From Octopus vulgaris (Eukaryota): 64,000 nucleotides of DNA. The notes beneath the pieces are model-generated. The model searched no databases and was not told the origin of the DNA. It worked only from the letters and a program-made list of their open reading frames with translations. Of the stretch, positions 26,799 to 38,515 are shown piece after piece; position 1 is the first letter of the stretch; each line of letters begins with the position of its first letter. The DNA lies in assembly GCA_951406725.2 (NCBI GenBank), contig OX597821.1, forward strand, positions 89,156,001-89,220,000, read 5' to 3'. The translations under genes were made by a program, and so were the position numbers.

Positions 26799-27107
26799 CG
26801 TGATCACCGTGACCGACCAGGCTATCAGATGTTGTTATACATCACTGGTCACAATGTACTTTGCATTGTTTTAGCCTTCAAATGACGCCACCCCGCTGGC
26901 TAAGCGAGCAGGCCAACAGAAGAGAGAGTGGGGGAAAGTTGTGGTGAAAGAGTACAGCAGGGTTCACCACCATCCCCTGCCGGAGACTCGTGGAGCTTTT
27001 AGGTGTTTTCGCTCAATAAACACTCACAACACCCGGACTGGGAATCGAAACCGCGATCCTATGACCGCGAGTCCGCTACCCTAACCACTGGGCCATTGCG
27101 CCTCCAC
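26794..27107 (-). mobile_element. SINE with a family C head and body but a different 3' tail (C2)
   Basis: 26925-27107 is the reverse complement of the first ~180 nt of family C; 26794-26924 is an unrelated tail ending in a repeated tcacggtga. Confidence 0.88.
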
Positions 27108-27743
27108 ATATGTATATATATATATATATACACATTCTTATATACGTATATATAGACAATATGTATTCCTACTATCCATGTGTGCGGTTATCTGCTATCT
27201 ACTAAAGTGTATGTATGTGTGTTTGTTCGCGCATGCGTGTGTATGAACACGGTAGATGTAAATTTCCTATTGCAGTCACTAGCCTGAACAACACTTTCTT
27301 GGTTTCTAATTCTCCTCTGGTTTTGTTGCATTTAATCTGTTTCCACCTCATTCTTTCCCAAATCCTCTTCCCTTCTCTGTTTTCTATCAATGTTCTCTCT
27401 TTAATCATACCTCTTCTCTTCATTCACTAACCCCTCTCACACGCTCTCTCAATCTCTCTTCTCCCCCCTCTCTCTCTCTTGCCACTTTTCTCCCCCGACT
27501 TCTCCGCTCTTGAATAGATATTACTACTACCATATCCTGACAAAATTGATTCCCAGAGCTATATTGGATTCAGAATGAAGAAAACATGTTTCTTTTTCTC
27601 CATGAAGAAGCACTATTTCCGAAATGTCGTATGTGCGTTTTCAAATCGCATACAAACTAAAAAATATATATATTTCAAATTTTACCATTAAATACTAATA
27701 TTGCCGACTGACAATATTTGTAATATAGTCTTGCTTGATTTTC

Positions 27744-27829
<86 letters not shown>

Positions 27830-27994
27830 TGTGTGTGTGTTGGACTGGATTGTCTGTAATCTGTCCACTGCTAGATAAATGCCTCCGCTTGTTGTTTTTA
27901 ACCAAAAGATCATACCGTTTTGATGAGCTTACTCTGTCACACTGGCATAACATGGCTTCGCAGCGGGGTTCGTTTTTTATACTTTTACCCAGGA

Positions 27995-28155
27995 ACAGTT
28001 ACATAGACACCAGTGTCTCACTGGTACTTATTTTATTTTATCGACCCCAAAAGAATGAAAGGCAAAGTTGACCTCGGCGGAATTTAAACTCAAAACAAAG
28101 ACTGACGAAATATTTCGAAGCGTTTCCCAAAGGCCTGCTAACGATTTGGCCAGAA
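27995..28155 (-). mobile_element. SINE family B, diverged
   Basis: ctggtactta..tttatcgacccc..gaatgaaaggcaaagttgacctcggcggaattt. Confidence 0.7.
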
Positions 28156-28197
28156 TATATATGCATATACATATATATCTATATAGCCATATAAACT

Positions 28198-28353
28198 AGG
28201 TGGAGGCGAAAAGTTCCTTGCTTTGGGTAAAAGTAAATACAGGAGGATGAGTAATGTTATATTTCCCTCTCAGGTTCACACATTGCAGCGGCCCTTCAGT
28301 TTTTCTAGGCCCTGTAACATTCTCAAAGCCAGGAAATTTTCAGTACACCCTCG
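28198..28353. mobile_element. Mariner-type MITE (same family as 49111)
   Basis: Shares ctttgggtaaaag, ttgcagc..ccttcagtttttcta and the terminal agccaggaa.ttttcagtacaccctcg with the 49111 element. Confidence 0.65.
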
Positions 28354-28479
28354 TGTACACACACACACACACATATATATTGATAGAAATGGTAAGACAA
28401 CAAAAGAATGAGAGAGACGTCGATATTATGTAAATAGAGGAATTTATCTGTAAATGTAATATGTGACAATTATTCGGTA

Positions 28480-28549
28480 GCCATGATAAAACTCCAAGTT
28501 TCGGATGTCGGGGTGGAGATCCACACCGCTATCTCTTGAGTTATCCGGC
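28480..28549 (-). ncRNA. Type I hammerhead ribozyme-like motif with a core mutation (probably inactive)
   Basis: Minus strand: gcc.g.gataa (stem I), CUCAAGA (CUGANGA with G5C), gat..ggtgtgga-tc-tccacccc..atc (stem II), cGAAA, ct-tgg-ag (stem III), UU, ttatc.at.ggc (stem I'). Confidence 0.6.
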
Positions 28550-28585
28550 CATCGAAAAAAAATAATTGTCACATATTACATTTAC

Positions 28586-28639
<54 letters not shown>

Positions 28640-28848
28640 ATGTAGAAAATGGTAAAATAATTTTATAAAAAACATTTTAGTACCGGTTTCGGTCATTGAG
28701 ACCTTTTCAAATGTAAGTATGGTAAACAATAAAATTTTGGAAAAATTAAATGTAAAGCTTTTTAAAAGAATATTTGCTTAGTATTCAAATACAAGGGGCA
28801 TTTTCCTTGTTTCTGCGTGTCTCTGTGTCTCTTGTGGGTTTGATGTCG

Positions 28849-28879
<31 letters not shown>

Positions 28880-30158
28880 GAGTGAGTCTGTGTATTGGTT
28901 GGTTTATAGAGAAAATAGTTCAACATTTAGAAGGAAGTGTTGTAAATTGTTGTCCACAACCCACCTTATTTTGCAGCAGATGTTGTCAGTTCAGTTTGTG
29001 GCAATGTGATAAGGATTCTACGTTTCCGTGTTCAAGCACGAACTAGGTGAGTATTACGAAATCAGTGATCCAAATGTCAAAACTTCTGATGCTAAGGTTT
29101 TTCAGAAATTTGTGAGATTAATTCATGATCGACTTATTCAAATGTTAAGGCTTAATTATCGTATACACAATCAGCCATTAAACAAAATCGCTTCTTTTCA
29201 GAATTCAGATGTGTTGCAGACGCTGTTCTATCTTTTGTTAAACGCTTTTGTCGATCTAATTAGTTAATTAATTTTGCATGTACGATCTTCTCCGAAAGCT
29301 ATTACAGGTCAAAAGCAAAACAGGTTTGAAGCGTTTCTTACCTACACCCACCTTCATAGATTACAATTATTATAACCTATTTCAGCATTTTTTGCAATCT
29401 TTCAGTAACTAGCAAGTCAGAATTTATAGGGTTTTATAAGCAGGGGTTTAACTTTCACGTGTGAGTTTCAACAGTTTTCTAGCTGGATTTGAGAAGGTCA
29501 ACTTTCAGGAAAAGAGTTTTGCGCGATTTATTGATTTTAGTCGGAAACTAATTTCTGGGATTACACAGTAAAACATCAACGATTTTATTGTCTGAGAAAG
29601 AAGGACTATTTCGATGTTTACTAAGTCTACGTCATAAGTGAAGCTAATGTTTCATGTTTGTCTGTGAGTTTTATTGTTGTTGCTGCCTGAAGAGACCTTG
29701 GCTGCCTTAATTAACTCCATTCCTATTGCGTTCAGAAATAAACCCCATGTTTAATTTACCTTAAGGGTTACTTCAAGTCCGTATCGTTTATCCTACTTAA
29801 AAGGAGAAGACTAACGCAAATGTCAACTTTTCTGAATGTCTTTCGTATATATTTTCAGAGCGTATTCAAACATGTTATAAGTTGAGAGATGGCACATGGT
29901 ATAGTGTCCTTCCATATCACACAGATGAACAGTTACTTGCACAATATAAGGAAATCAACACGACGCACTCTAGCAGTGGCAATTTCCTGTTGATTCTCCA
30001 CCATTTTTTGGAACTGACGCTGTGTATGATATCATGCAAAACCTAGTTTATGCAACTCAGCTATTGCTATATCAGTAATGAGATATGTTTCTGTTAAGTC
30101 AATTGCATTTGGATGATATGTCCTGGCTAGATTTTTCAAGAGGGGACTCTTATGCTCT

Positions 30159-30547
30159 CTCTTTACTCTCTTTTACTTGTTTCAGTCATTTGACTGCGGC
30201 CATGCTGGAGCACCGCCTTTAGTCGAGCAAATCAACCCCAGGACTTATTCTTTGTAAGCCTAGTACTTATTCTATCGGTCTCTTTTGCCAAACAACTAAG
30301 CTACGGGGACGTAAACACACTACCATCGGTTGTCAAGCGATGTTGGGGGACAAACACAGACATACAAACATACACACACACATATATATATATATATATA
30401 AAATATACATTTATATGACAGGCTTCTTTCAGTTTCTGTCTACCAAATCCGAGGCTATAGTAGAAGACACTTTCTCAAGGTGCCACGCAGTGGGAATGAA
30501 CCTGGAACCATGTGGTTGGTAAGCAAGCTACTTACCACACAGCTACT
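30159..30547 (-). mobile_element. SINE family A
   Basis: Reverse complement of family A, with a small internal deletion. Confidence 0.9.
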
Positions 30548-30639
30548 GTGGCAGATTCATTGGAAACTGTCCAAAGGAATAAGAAACTGGTGTTGATGTG
30601 TGTGATATGATAACTAGATAAATTTACGCCATAATTCTG

Positions 30640-31480
30640 CTGAATTGTTTTAAGAGTTTTGTGATGTGTTTAAAATATATAGATTGTGCTTTGTTTGTAA
30701 TATTGCAGCATTTTCCTTTGTATATAGAATGTTTCGATACTTGTTTTGGCTATGTTGTATAACTGGTACCAGTAAGTTATTCTTACCTCACAGAATACTC
30801 AGGTTATTTGTTTTCCCCAATTATTAACATGTTGGTAGAGTTTCCTTTCTTCTGGATTTTACTTTTGATATTTCACTGTTTTGTTCGGGCTAGATACACC
30901 AGTAGACACTTTTCTGTGAAACATTCCGCTTTTTTGCGATTACTTTCAACTGATAGAACTACTTCTATGGTTGCAGTTTACTTTACATTACGAATCAATT
31001 ATCCCTATGGTCTATGTGACGCGGTTACACATTAAAAAACTTTGCTTCGGTGTGATTTTGTGGCTTTATATCACCTTCTTTATGGTTTAGGTCCGTCGGT
31101 AAGTGGGGTCATACATGATGGGATCGATTGGAAGGTGTTAGAAAATGATTAATTATTTTTAATAAATGTGTAGTAACATTAGTAATACTGCGAATAGTAT
31201 TTGCAAACTTGGCACGTACATTTTGTCGTGTGAAGGGAAAATATCCTCAAATATATTAATGGGTGATTACAAAGTGATAATGCTATTTTCGTTCAAAATG
31301 TCTTCTCTTCATTTGCCTTGCTAAGTAAAATTCCAGTTTCGAAGATATGTCGTTGCATATAGTATTACACGCCGTATCATTTGATAGCATTTGAAAAAAT
31401 TCGCTCCAGTGATCCAATACCATCTCTATTTTTGTTTTGTACACGTTTAAAGATTTACTAGCGTTTGAGTTAACCATGAG
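30640..31480 (-). mobile_element. Degraded Penelope-like element ORF (RT C-terminus, linker and GIY-YIG region)
   Basis: Minus-strand fragments in order: ICNDISSKL..NEEKTF; IFEDIFPSHDKMY..KIINH; SNRKKAECFTEKCLLVYLA (CNCR..CPL..KCL..VY-like); KKGNSTN; KENAAILQTKHNLYILN. This matches the Penelope motif order from memory. Many lesions. Confidence 0.55.
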
Positions 31481-31518
31481 TCATTCCAAATTGAATGCGG
31501 CGTGTGTGTGTGTAAAGC

Positions 31519-31765
31519 AAATAAGTAAGAAGGATGTCTAGGTATCAGTGCACTACGGCCGTTTCAAGCAGCTCCATTTAATCGATCAATGCAAACGTTA
31601 CATCAATTTGAAACAAACCGCACCCCTCAGACGCATACGACCATATAGATTTCAAACACACAGTAGTTTATTTCAAATTGATGTGATTTTTGCATTGATC
31701 GATTAAATGGAGCCGCTTGAAACGGGCGTAATGCACTGATACTTGAACATCCTAGTTACTTATTT
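31519..31765. repeat. Inverted repeat with arms of about 100 bp and a spacer of about 47 bp
   Basis: 31519-31618 versus the reverse complement of 31666-31765, e.g. gtatcagtgca.tacg.ccgtttcaagc.gctccatttaatcgatcaatgcaaa. Confidence 0.92.
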
Positions 31766-31873
31766 CCTTTTTATTCACCTAACTTCGAGCTGTGCGGACG
31801 ATACCGGACTGACTTGCTTCCTCAACCTAATTCAACTGAATCTTAATTATATATGTATATATATGTATGTATG

Positions 31874-31934
<61 letters not shown>

Positions 31935-32168
31935 CTACATATCTACTTACACACACGCACACACGTTTATATGTATATATATGGTTCAAAATTATGCAAA
32001 AAGATTCAATAAAAGTGGTGTATTAGCTTGATGCTGAGGATAAATAAAAGAAATTTGTGGACATTTCAAGCCTACCATGTTTTACAGAATGGAATGTAAA
32101 GAGAAAACTGATGCTGGGAGGTGGAAAATCGGTGAGAAAATAACATTTCAGAATCAACGGTTTACATA

Positions 32169-32263
<95 letters not shown>

Positions 32264-32759
32264 TTATATGACCCTACGTCGGCAGCGTTTGGTTAATATA
32301 TTCCAATTAAATATTTGCGAAAGCAGTTCTACTTTGCTCACCGGATACTTCAGTTGTGAAACGTACTATAGTTAATAGAACGTTGAACGACTAATAAAAA
32401 TGCTCGTGTAGTTAAATAAGATTCTAGGTAAGTCAGAAATATAGGTAAATATGTCTCTGTGGGTGAATAAATATATTTGCAGAGAATGAATCTGGGCCTT
32501 ACTTACCGATTAGAAGACTGGAATACAGTTAAAAGTAAGTCGATAGTCAATAAAATTTGCACACGATTATCATTGTGCATACGTCTGTGTGTAGTGTAGG
32601 TATATCGTTGTGAAGGTGTAATTCACTTACAGATTCAGGTGAAGCTACTAAGTAATCTACATGTTTGAAGATACTTATTGATCGGTGCATTTAAAGAGCT
32701 GAAAGGGACACATCCTTTCTGATGCTTGTCAGCTGATTCTGGTCTGTTATACATTCTAT

Positions 32760-32919
32760 GGCGCAGGAGTGGCTGTGTGGTAAGTAGCTTGCTAACCAAC
32801 CACATGGTTCCGGGTTCAGTCCCACTGCGTGGCATCTTGGGCAAGTGTCCTCTGCTATAGCCCCGGGCCGACCATTGCCTTGTGAGTGGATTTGGTAGAC
32901 GGAAACTGAAAGAAGCCTG

Positions 32920-32970
<51 letters not shown>

Positions 32971-33180
32971 ATTTGTGTGTCTGTGTTTTCCCCCTAGCAT
33001 TGCTTGACAACCGATGCTGGTGTGTTTACGTCCCCGTCACTTAGCGGTTCGGCAAAAGAGACTGATAGAATAAGTACTGGGCTTACAAAGAATAAGTCTC
33101 GGGGTCGATTTGCTCGACTAAAGGCGGTGCTCCAGCATGGCCGCAGTCAAATGACTGAAACAAGTAAAAGAGTAAAAGAG
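32760..33180 (+). mobile_element. SINE family A, full length
   Basis: Matches the other copies end to end; tail (gtaaaaga)x2. Confidence 0.92.
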
Positions 33181-33223
33181 TATATTTGTGTTTTGTACGC
33201 CACCTGTCTTCGTCGTAAACTCT

Positions 33224-33258
<35 letters not shown>

Positions 33259-33463
33259 CATACATATATATATATTTATATACATATATATACATAGATG
33301 ACACAACATCGGTAAAGAAATTTTAAAATTTTAAAAAGAAAATGCGAAACCAGTTATTTCTCCAAAAACAATGTCACTATACACAAAATTTTATATAATT
33401 TCTCCAGCATGACGATTTCGATAATTTTTTAACCATCTTCTGTAGATTTTTCATTCTATTTCG

Positions 33464-33515
<52 letters not shown>

Positions 33516-33518
33516 ATA

Positions 33519-33561
<43 letters not shown>

Positions 33562-33570
33562 GTCACATGG

Positions 33571-33610
<40 letters not shown>

Positions 33611-33680
33611 TGACACCAGAGTAAACACATAAATGTGAAACAAGGTGGAAAAAGAGTACTCAAATACCAGTGGTAGAGTA

Positions 33681-33805
33681 ATATGCTTTATTCAAAAGCA
33701 GCAGAAAATTCAACAAAACATGTTACTCTGAGTTTCACGTTCCCGTTCGTGAAACTCAGAGTACAGATTTTGTTGAATTTCCTGCTGCTTTTGAATAAAG
33801 TATAT
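33681..33805. repeat. Near-perfect hairpin with arms of about 58 bp and an 8-nt loop
   Basis: ctttattcaaaagcagcag.aaattcaacaaaa..tactctgagtttcacg [ttcccgtt] cgtgaaactcagagta..ttttgttgaattt.ctgctgcttttgaataaag. Confidence 0.92.
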
Positions 33806-34240
33806 CTCTCTCTCTATATATATATATATATATAGCGAGATAGAGGGGGAGAGGAGAGAGAGAAAGGGATAATTAATAGAGGAGTTAGGTTTGATATGAA
33901 CATATTTACATGAAGCGCAAAAAAATACAGACTAGAAATGCAGAATTATATGAGAAAAAATATAATTTCATAACTCGACAGCTGTTCTAGGAGACAGGGA
34001 GTTACGTAATCATCATAATAATCATAAATTGAGGATGACATGTGAAAAAGAGCCATGGATATATAATCGGTAGCCGATCATACCAAGGGAAGATTGGCAA
34101 ATGCGTCTACATCTAAGATATATTGTTACAGATGGGATTTGTGCCTTTATATCACCTTTATCGTTTTGGTCGGAAAGCAGCCTCAGACGTGATGGGATCG
34201 ATTGCAAAATTTTAGAAAATAACTAATTTTAATGACTATG

Positions 34241-34406
34241 AGGAGTGGCTGTGTGGTAAGTAGTTTGCTAACCAACCACATGGTTCCGGGTTCAGTCCCA
34301 CTGCGTGGCATCTTGGGCAAGTGTCTTCTGCTACAGCCCCGGGCCGACCAATGCCTTGTGAGTGGATTTGGTAGAGGGAAACTGAGAGAAGCCTGTCGTA
34401 TATATG

Positions 34407-34439
<33 letters not shown>

Positions 34440-34655
34440 TTGTGTGTCTGTGTTTGTCTCTCTAGCATTGCTTGACAACCGATGCTGGTGTGTTTATGTC
34501 CCCGTTACTTAACGGTCCGGCAAAAGAGACCGATGGAATAAGTACTGGGCTTACAAAGAATAAGTCCCGGGGTCGATTTGCTCGACTAAAGGCGGTGCTC
34601 CATCATGGCCACAGTCAAATGACTGAAACAAGTAAAATTGAGGGTAAAGAGTAAA
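34241..34655 (+). mobile_element. SINE family A
   Basis: Matches the other copies end to end. Confidence 0.92.
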
Positions 34656-35500
34656 GTGTATGTGGCACACACATTTTTTTGTTTTGCCGTGTAATGGGAA
34701 ATTGTCCTGGAATACATTAGAGTGGTTATTTACGAAGTGATAAACCTATTTTCTTCCAAATTGTTTTCTCTCCATCTAGCTTGCTAATCGAAATTCCTAT
34801 TTAGAAAATATGTCATTGTATTGAGTATCACACACGGAATAGTTTGCATGCACATTTCATCTGCAATTTGTAATTATTATGGGTACTACTTGATTCCGGA
34901 CTTCCTGAAACAGATGTCGAGTTACGAAATTAAATATTTTCTTATCTTACTCTGTACTGTTATTCCGTATTTTGTTTGCTCCATGGAAATATATTTATAT
35001 TAAACCTTTGTTTAACGTCATTGATACCTCCATATCTGCTCGATCTGGATATCTCTTATGGCCATTCTTGGTGGCGCAGACTTTGCACAGCATGAAGAAT
35101 CCAGAGTTTAAGTTTAAATTCTTTTGAGCACTACAATGTTTTCTATACTGATCATACCCAGCTTAAACTTATTCTCTCTCTCTTCTCTTTCGTAAAAAAA
35201 ATTAAGGAAGAGAACAGAGTGAGAGAGAAAAAAACTCGTAGCATTTATATCCAGGCTATAGATTTTCATTTGTACTTCTGTCAACAGGTGCAGAGATCTG
35301 CGTAAGATCGGATTTTCTTCAAAACCCTGAAGTACTGAGGATTCTTTAAAAAATAGCGAAGAAATATGATTCAATTTCTGAAAATGCAATCTCTTGTTAA
35401 AATTTGCAAAACATTTTAAAGATTCTCTATTTGCAGTTTCTGCGCTGAAACCATGCTCAGTTACACGTGGATATGGAATACATGTGCAGACACAGACGCT

Positions 35501-35534
<34 letters not shown>

Positions 35535-36096
35535 AGCATGCACATACATTCTCTCTCTGCTTCTCTCATATACACATATTCCAAATAACGTGACTGTGCA
35601 TGTCATTACTCCTTCGAGTATCTACAAAATATAGGATCACACCACCATTTGGGTGGATAATCACCACAAAGTTTATGATGTGGGTCTATACTAGAAATAA
35701 ACAATTCTATTTAAAAACCGGATCCGATATTACTTGTAGTAATCCCTTCACGATCAACTTACATCTGCTTTGGGTCGGTAAATTATAGTACCAGTCGATT
35801 ATGGGGACTCATTCAATGACTGACCGCTTCTCCTCAACTTTGCTTGCTTTACGACTAAACAGTAAAGAGATATTGGAAGGAAATGGATTAATAGACTCAC
35901 CAGAGTGCCGAAAAAATGCCTTGAGGAATTTGTTCTGGCTCATTGCGTTCTCAGTTTAATTTCCGGTGTGAGAAACCTTGCCTTGATTCTTTTACGTTCG
36001 ATTAAATAAGATACAAGTGATGAACTAGGATCGATGTAAACAACTACTCATCACACTCACACACACACTGCACTCAATATTACAATCCTTGATGTT

Positions 36097-36169
36097 GCGG
36101 AATCACCTCAACTGGTATAGCACTTGCTTAGCATGGGTGAGGTGCAGGGATCGATACCCGGATTCTCCA
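36097..36169 (+). pseudogene. tRNA-Ala(AGC) pseudogene
   Basis: 73 nt gcggaatcacctcaactggtatagcacttgcttAGCatgggtgaggtgcagggatcgatacccggattctcca aligns by eye to eukaryotic tRNA-Ala(AGC), including the GGATCGAT T-loop. Acceptor, D and anticodon stems carry mismatches. A T-rich trailer follows. Confidence 0.8.
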
Positions 36170-36189
36170 TATTGTCAAATTTTCTTTTG

Positions 36190-36388
36190 AGGCAACAAGC
36201 TGGGGAAAATGCTTATAGCAGCATTTCGTCCGTCTCCACGTTCTGAGTTCAAATTCTGCCAAGGGCGACTTTACCTGTCATCCTTTTGGGGTCAATAAAA
36301 GTACCATTTGAGCAGTGGGGGTCGATGTAATCGACCTAACCCCTCCCCTGAAGTAACTGGTCTTACGCCAAAATTTAAAATCAATATT
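36190..36388 (+). mobile_element. SINE family B with a deleted head, directly downstream of the tRNA-Ala pseudogene
   Basis: aagctgg|ggaaaatgctta lacks the cagaatcgttagcacgcc segment found in the other copies; body and tail are intact. Confidence 0.82.
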
Positions 36389-37554
36389 ACAAGCCTTGTA
36401 TATAAATTTAAACCAATAGTTATTATTAGAGATGTGACCTGATAGAATCGTTGGAGTATCAGAAATCATGCCTTATTGTATTTGTTCTGGCTTTTCACAA
36501 ACTCCCTCCTCTCAAAACTGGTGGCCTTTTATCTAAATCAGAAACAGTTATTGTTTATGTTGTGGTGATGGCAGTTGTTGATATTCTACTCATTGTCTCT
36601 ATCTCGCATGTATTTTCTACTTATGCTGTAACTGCATTCTTCTTTTCTCGACTAGGTAGCTGCCAACGTCGCCAACTTGCATCTCGTTCTATTTTCCATT
36701 CGACATCTCTCCTGTGTCTAACTGCACTTCATGTACCGCTCTTTTATCCTTATTGCGACTGCTGCTGTTATTATTGCGACCGTTTCTGCTATTGTTGTGT
36801 ATCTCCAAAAGAAAAGCTCAATATATTGTTTATCGTTCCAAAGAATTCAGAATTTCCAATGCAAAGACCTGCATATCTGTGTGTATGAATGAATATACAA
36901 ATGTGTGTATATGCATCGTGTATATGTGGTATACATATACATGTATGCATGTATGTGTGTATGTGATGTGGCATATGCATGTACGTGTTCGTATGCACAT
37001 GTGTATCTATGCAGAACAAATGCTGCAGGCTTGTGTGTACATTGTGAGTAAAGAATAAATGAAACATGTTTTAAACTGGACCTTCCGCATTCAACCAGAT
37101 GCTATTTTGTTTCTAAGAACGGCAACAGGAGCATCAACAACAACAACAACAACAACAACAACAGCAACAACAATAGCATCAACATCAACTAATACAATGA
37201 CAATAGTGGCTAACGAAAATCTGAAAACAATAGGCTTAGCAAAACAAAATATTCAGTAAGTTATCTATTTTTAAGAAGATAATTAAAAATTTATTAGAGG
37301 AATCACTAAAATTAGCTTTTGTAAAAGATATTTACATATTTTGTCTTATGCACTAATTCTGCCCCTCCACCACCCCAACCCACCCCAGCTTTGATTTATT
37401 CCTTTCTATCATCTTGTTCATCTCTTTCAATTTTATTTATAATTCTTTTGTTCGTTCGCTTTTATCTTCGTTTTTCTTTTACTTCCTTTTCTTTATTTCA
37501 TCTATTCGTCCTCTTTCCTCCGGTTTCTTTCTCTTTGTATATCGTCTTCTGCGA

Positions 37555-37562
37555 CTGCTGCT

Positions 37563-37623
<61 letters not shown>

Positions 37624-37669
37624 ACAACAACTTCTGCTGCTGCTACTACTGCTGCTACTACTGCTGCTG

Positions 37670-37706
<37 letters not shown>

Positions 37707-37820
37707 AACAACTACTGCTGCTGCAACAACAACTACTGCTGCTGCTGCTACAACAACTACTGCTGCTGCTACTATTACTACTACTACTACTACTACTGAT
37801 AGTAGTAGTAGTAGCAGCAC
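37555..37820. repeat. (CTA/CTG/CAA)n microsatellite
   Basis: Directly visible. Confidence 0.97.
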
Positions 37821-38275
37821 CAGCACCAAATGCACCAGCAGTACCAGCAACAGAAACGCTGCAAATCTACATAGACACCCAAAGCTTGTTGCTGTAAGCT
37901 TCAATGTCTACGATTCTACCGGAAAGATCACATTGAAACGCACGCATTTACAAGGGTGGCTGAACAGCATCGTGATATAAGACACTTCCACGTTGTCCTG
38001 AAAGTGGACTAACAAAAATTTCTCACTTTAAATGTGTATTATTGGTACAGGTTAGCTAATATGTCCGGTAAGTGGTTTAATTCGAAACGGTGTTCCGAAA
38101 ATAAAACAATTATAGCGTGGTGAAGAGTAACAATGTTCTTGACACTGTGTCAATGACCACCAGAGTCTTGCGTGCATGGGCAAATGCCAGTCTATTTAAA
38201 AGAAAAAAACCTTGCTCAGGTTTGCAACATCTTACAGCCGCGCATTACAACTACAGTTAACAATTAGATCCATCG

Positions 38276-38515
38276 TGGAGGCACATGGCCTAGTGATTAG
38301 AGCAGCGAACTCGCAATCGAGGGGTCGCAGTTTCGAATTTCAGAAGGGGTGATGTGTGTGTTTATGAGTGAAACATCTAAGCTCCATGTGGCTCCGGCAG
38401 AAGGCAATGGCGAACTTCTGCTGACTCTTTCGCTACAACTTTCTCTCACACTTTCCTCCTGCATCTTGCAGCTCACCTGCAACGGACCGGCGTACCGTCC
38501 AAGTGGGGAAACTGT
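38276..38515 (+). mobile_element. SINE family D (C-related head, V-domain-like segment), 3'-truncated
   Basis: gtggaggcacatggcctagtg head; cacctgcaacggaccggcgtaccgtccaagtgggg; same family as 49720-50004. Confidence 0.85.

Noticed and set aside
27600-27630. atgaaga..ccGAAATGTC hammerhead-like string (also gaaaccggtt at 41222)
   Set aside because: No stem I or II support and no repeat context; likely chance.
29810-29905. Possible small exon (ctaac..ttttcag acceptor, gtatag donor)
   Set aside because: Weak donor, no partner exons and no recognisable peptide; cannot be supported without RNA data.
36451-36888. 145-aa ORF
   Set aside because: Starts in a degenerate SINE relic and runs through low-complexity GTT/CTG sequence; non-ATG start and no recognisable domain.
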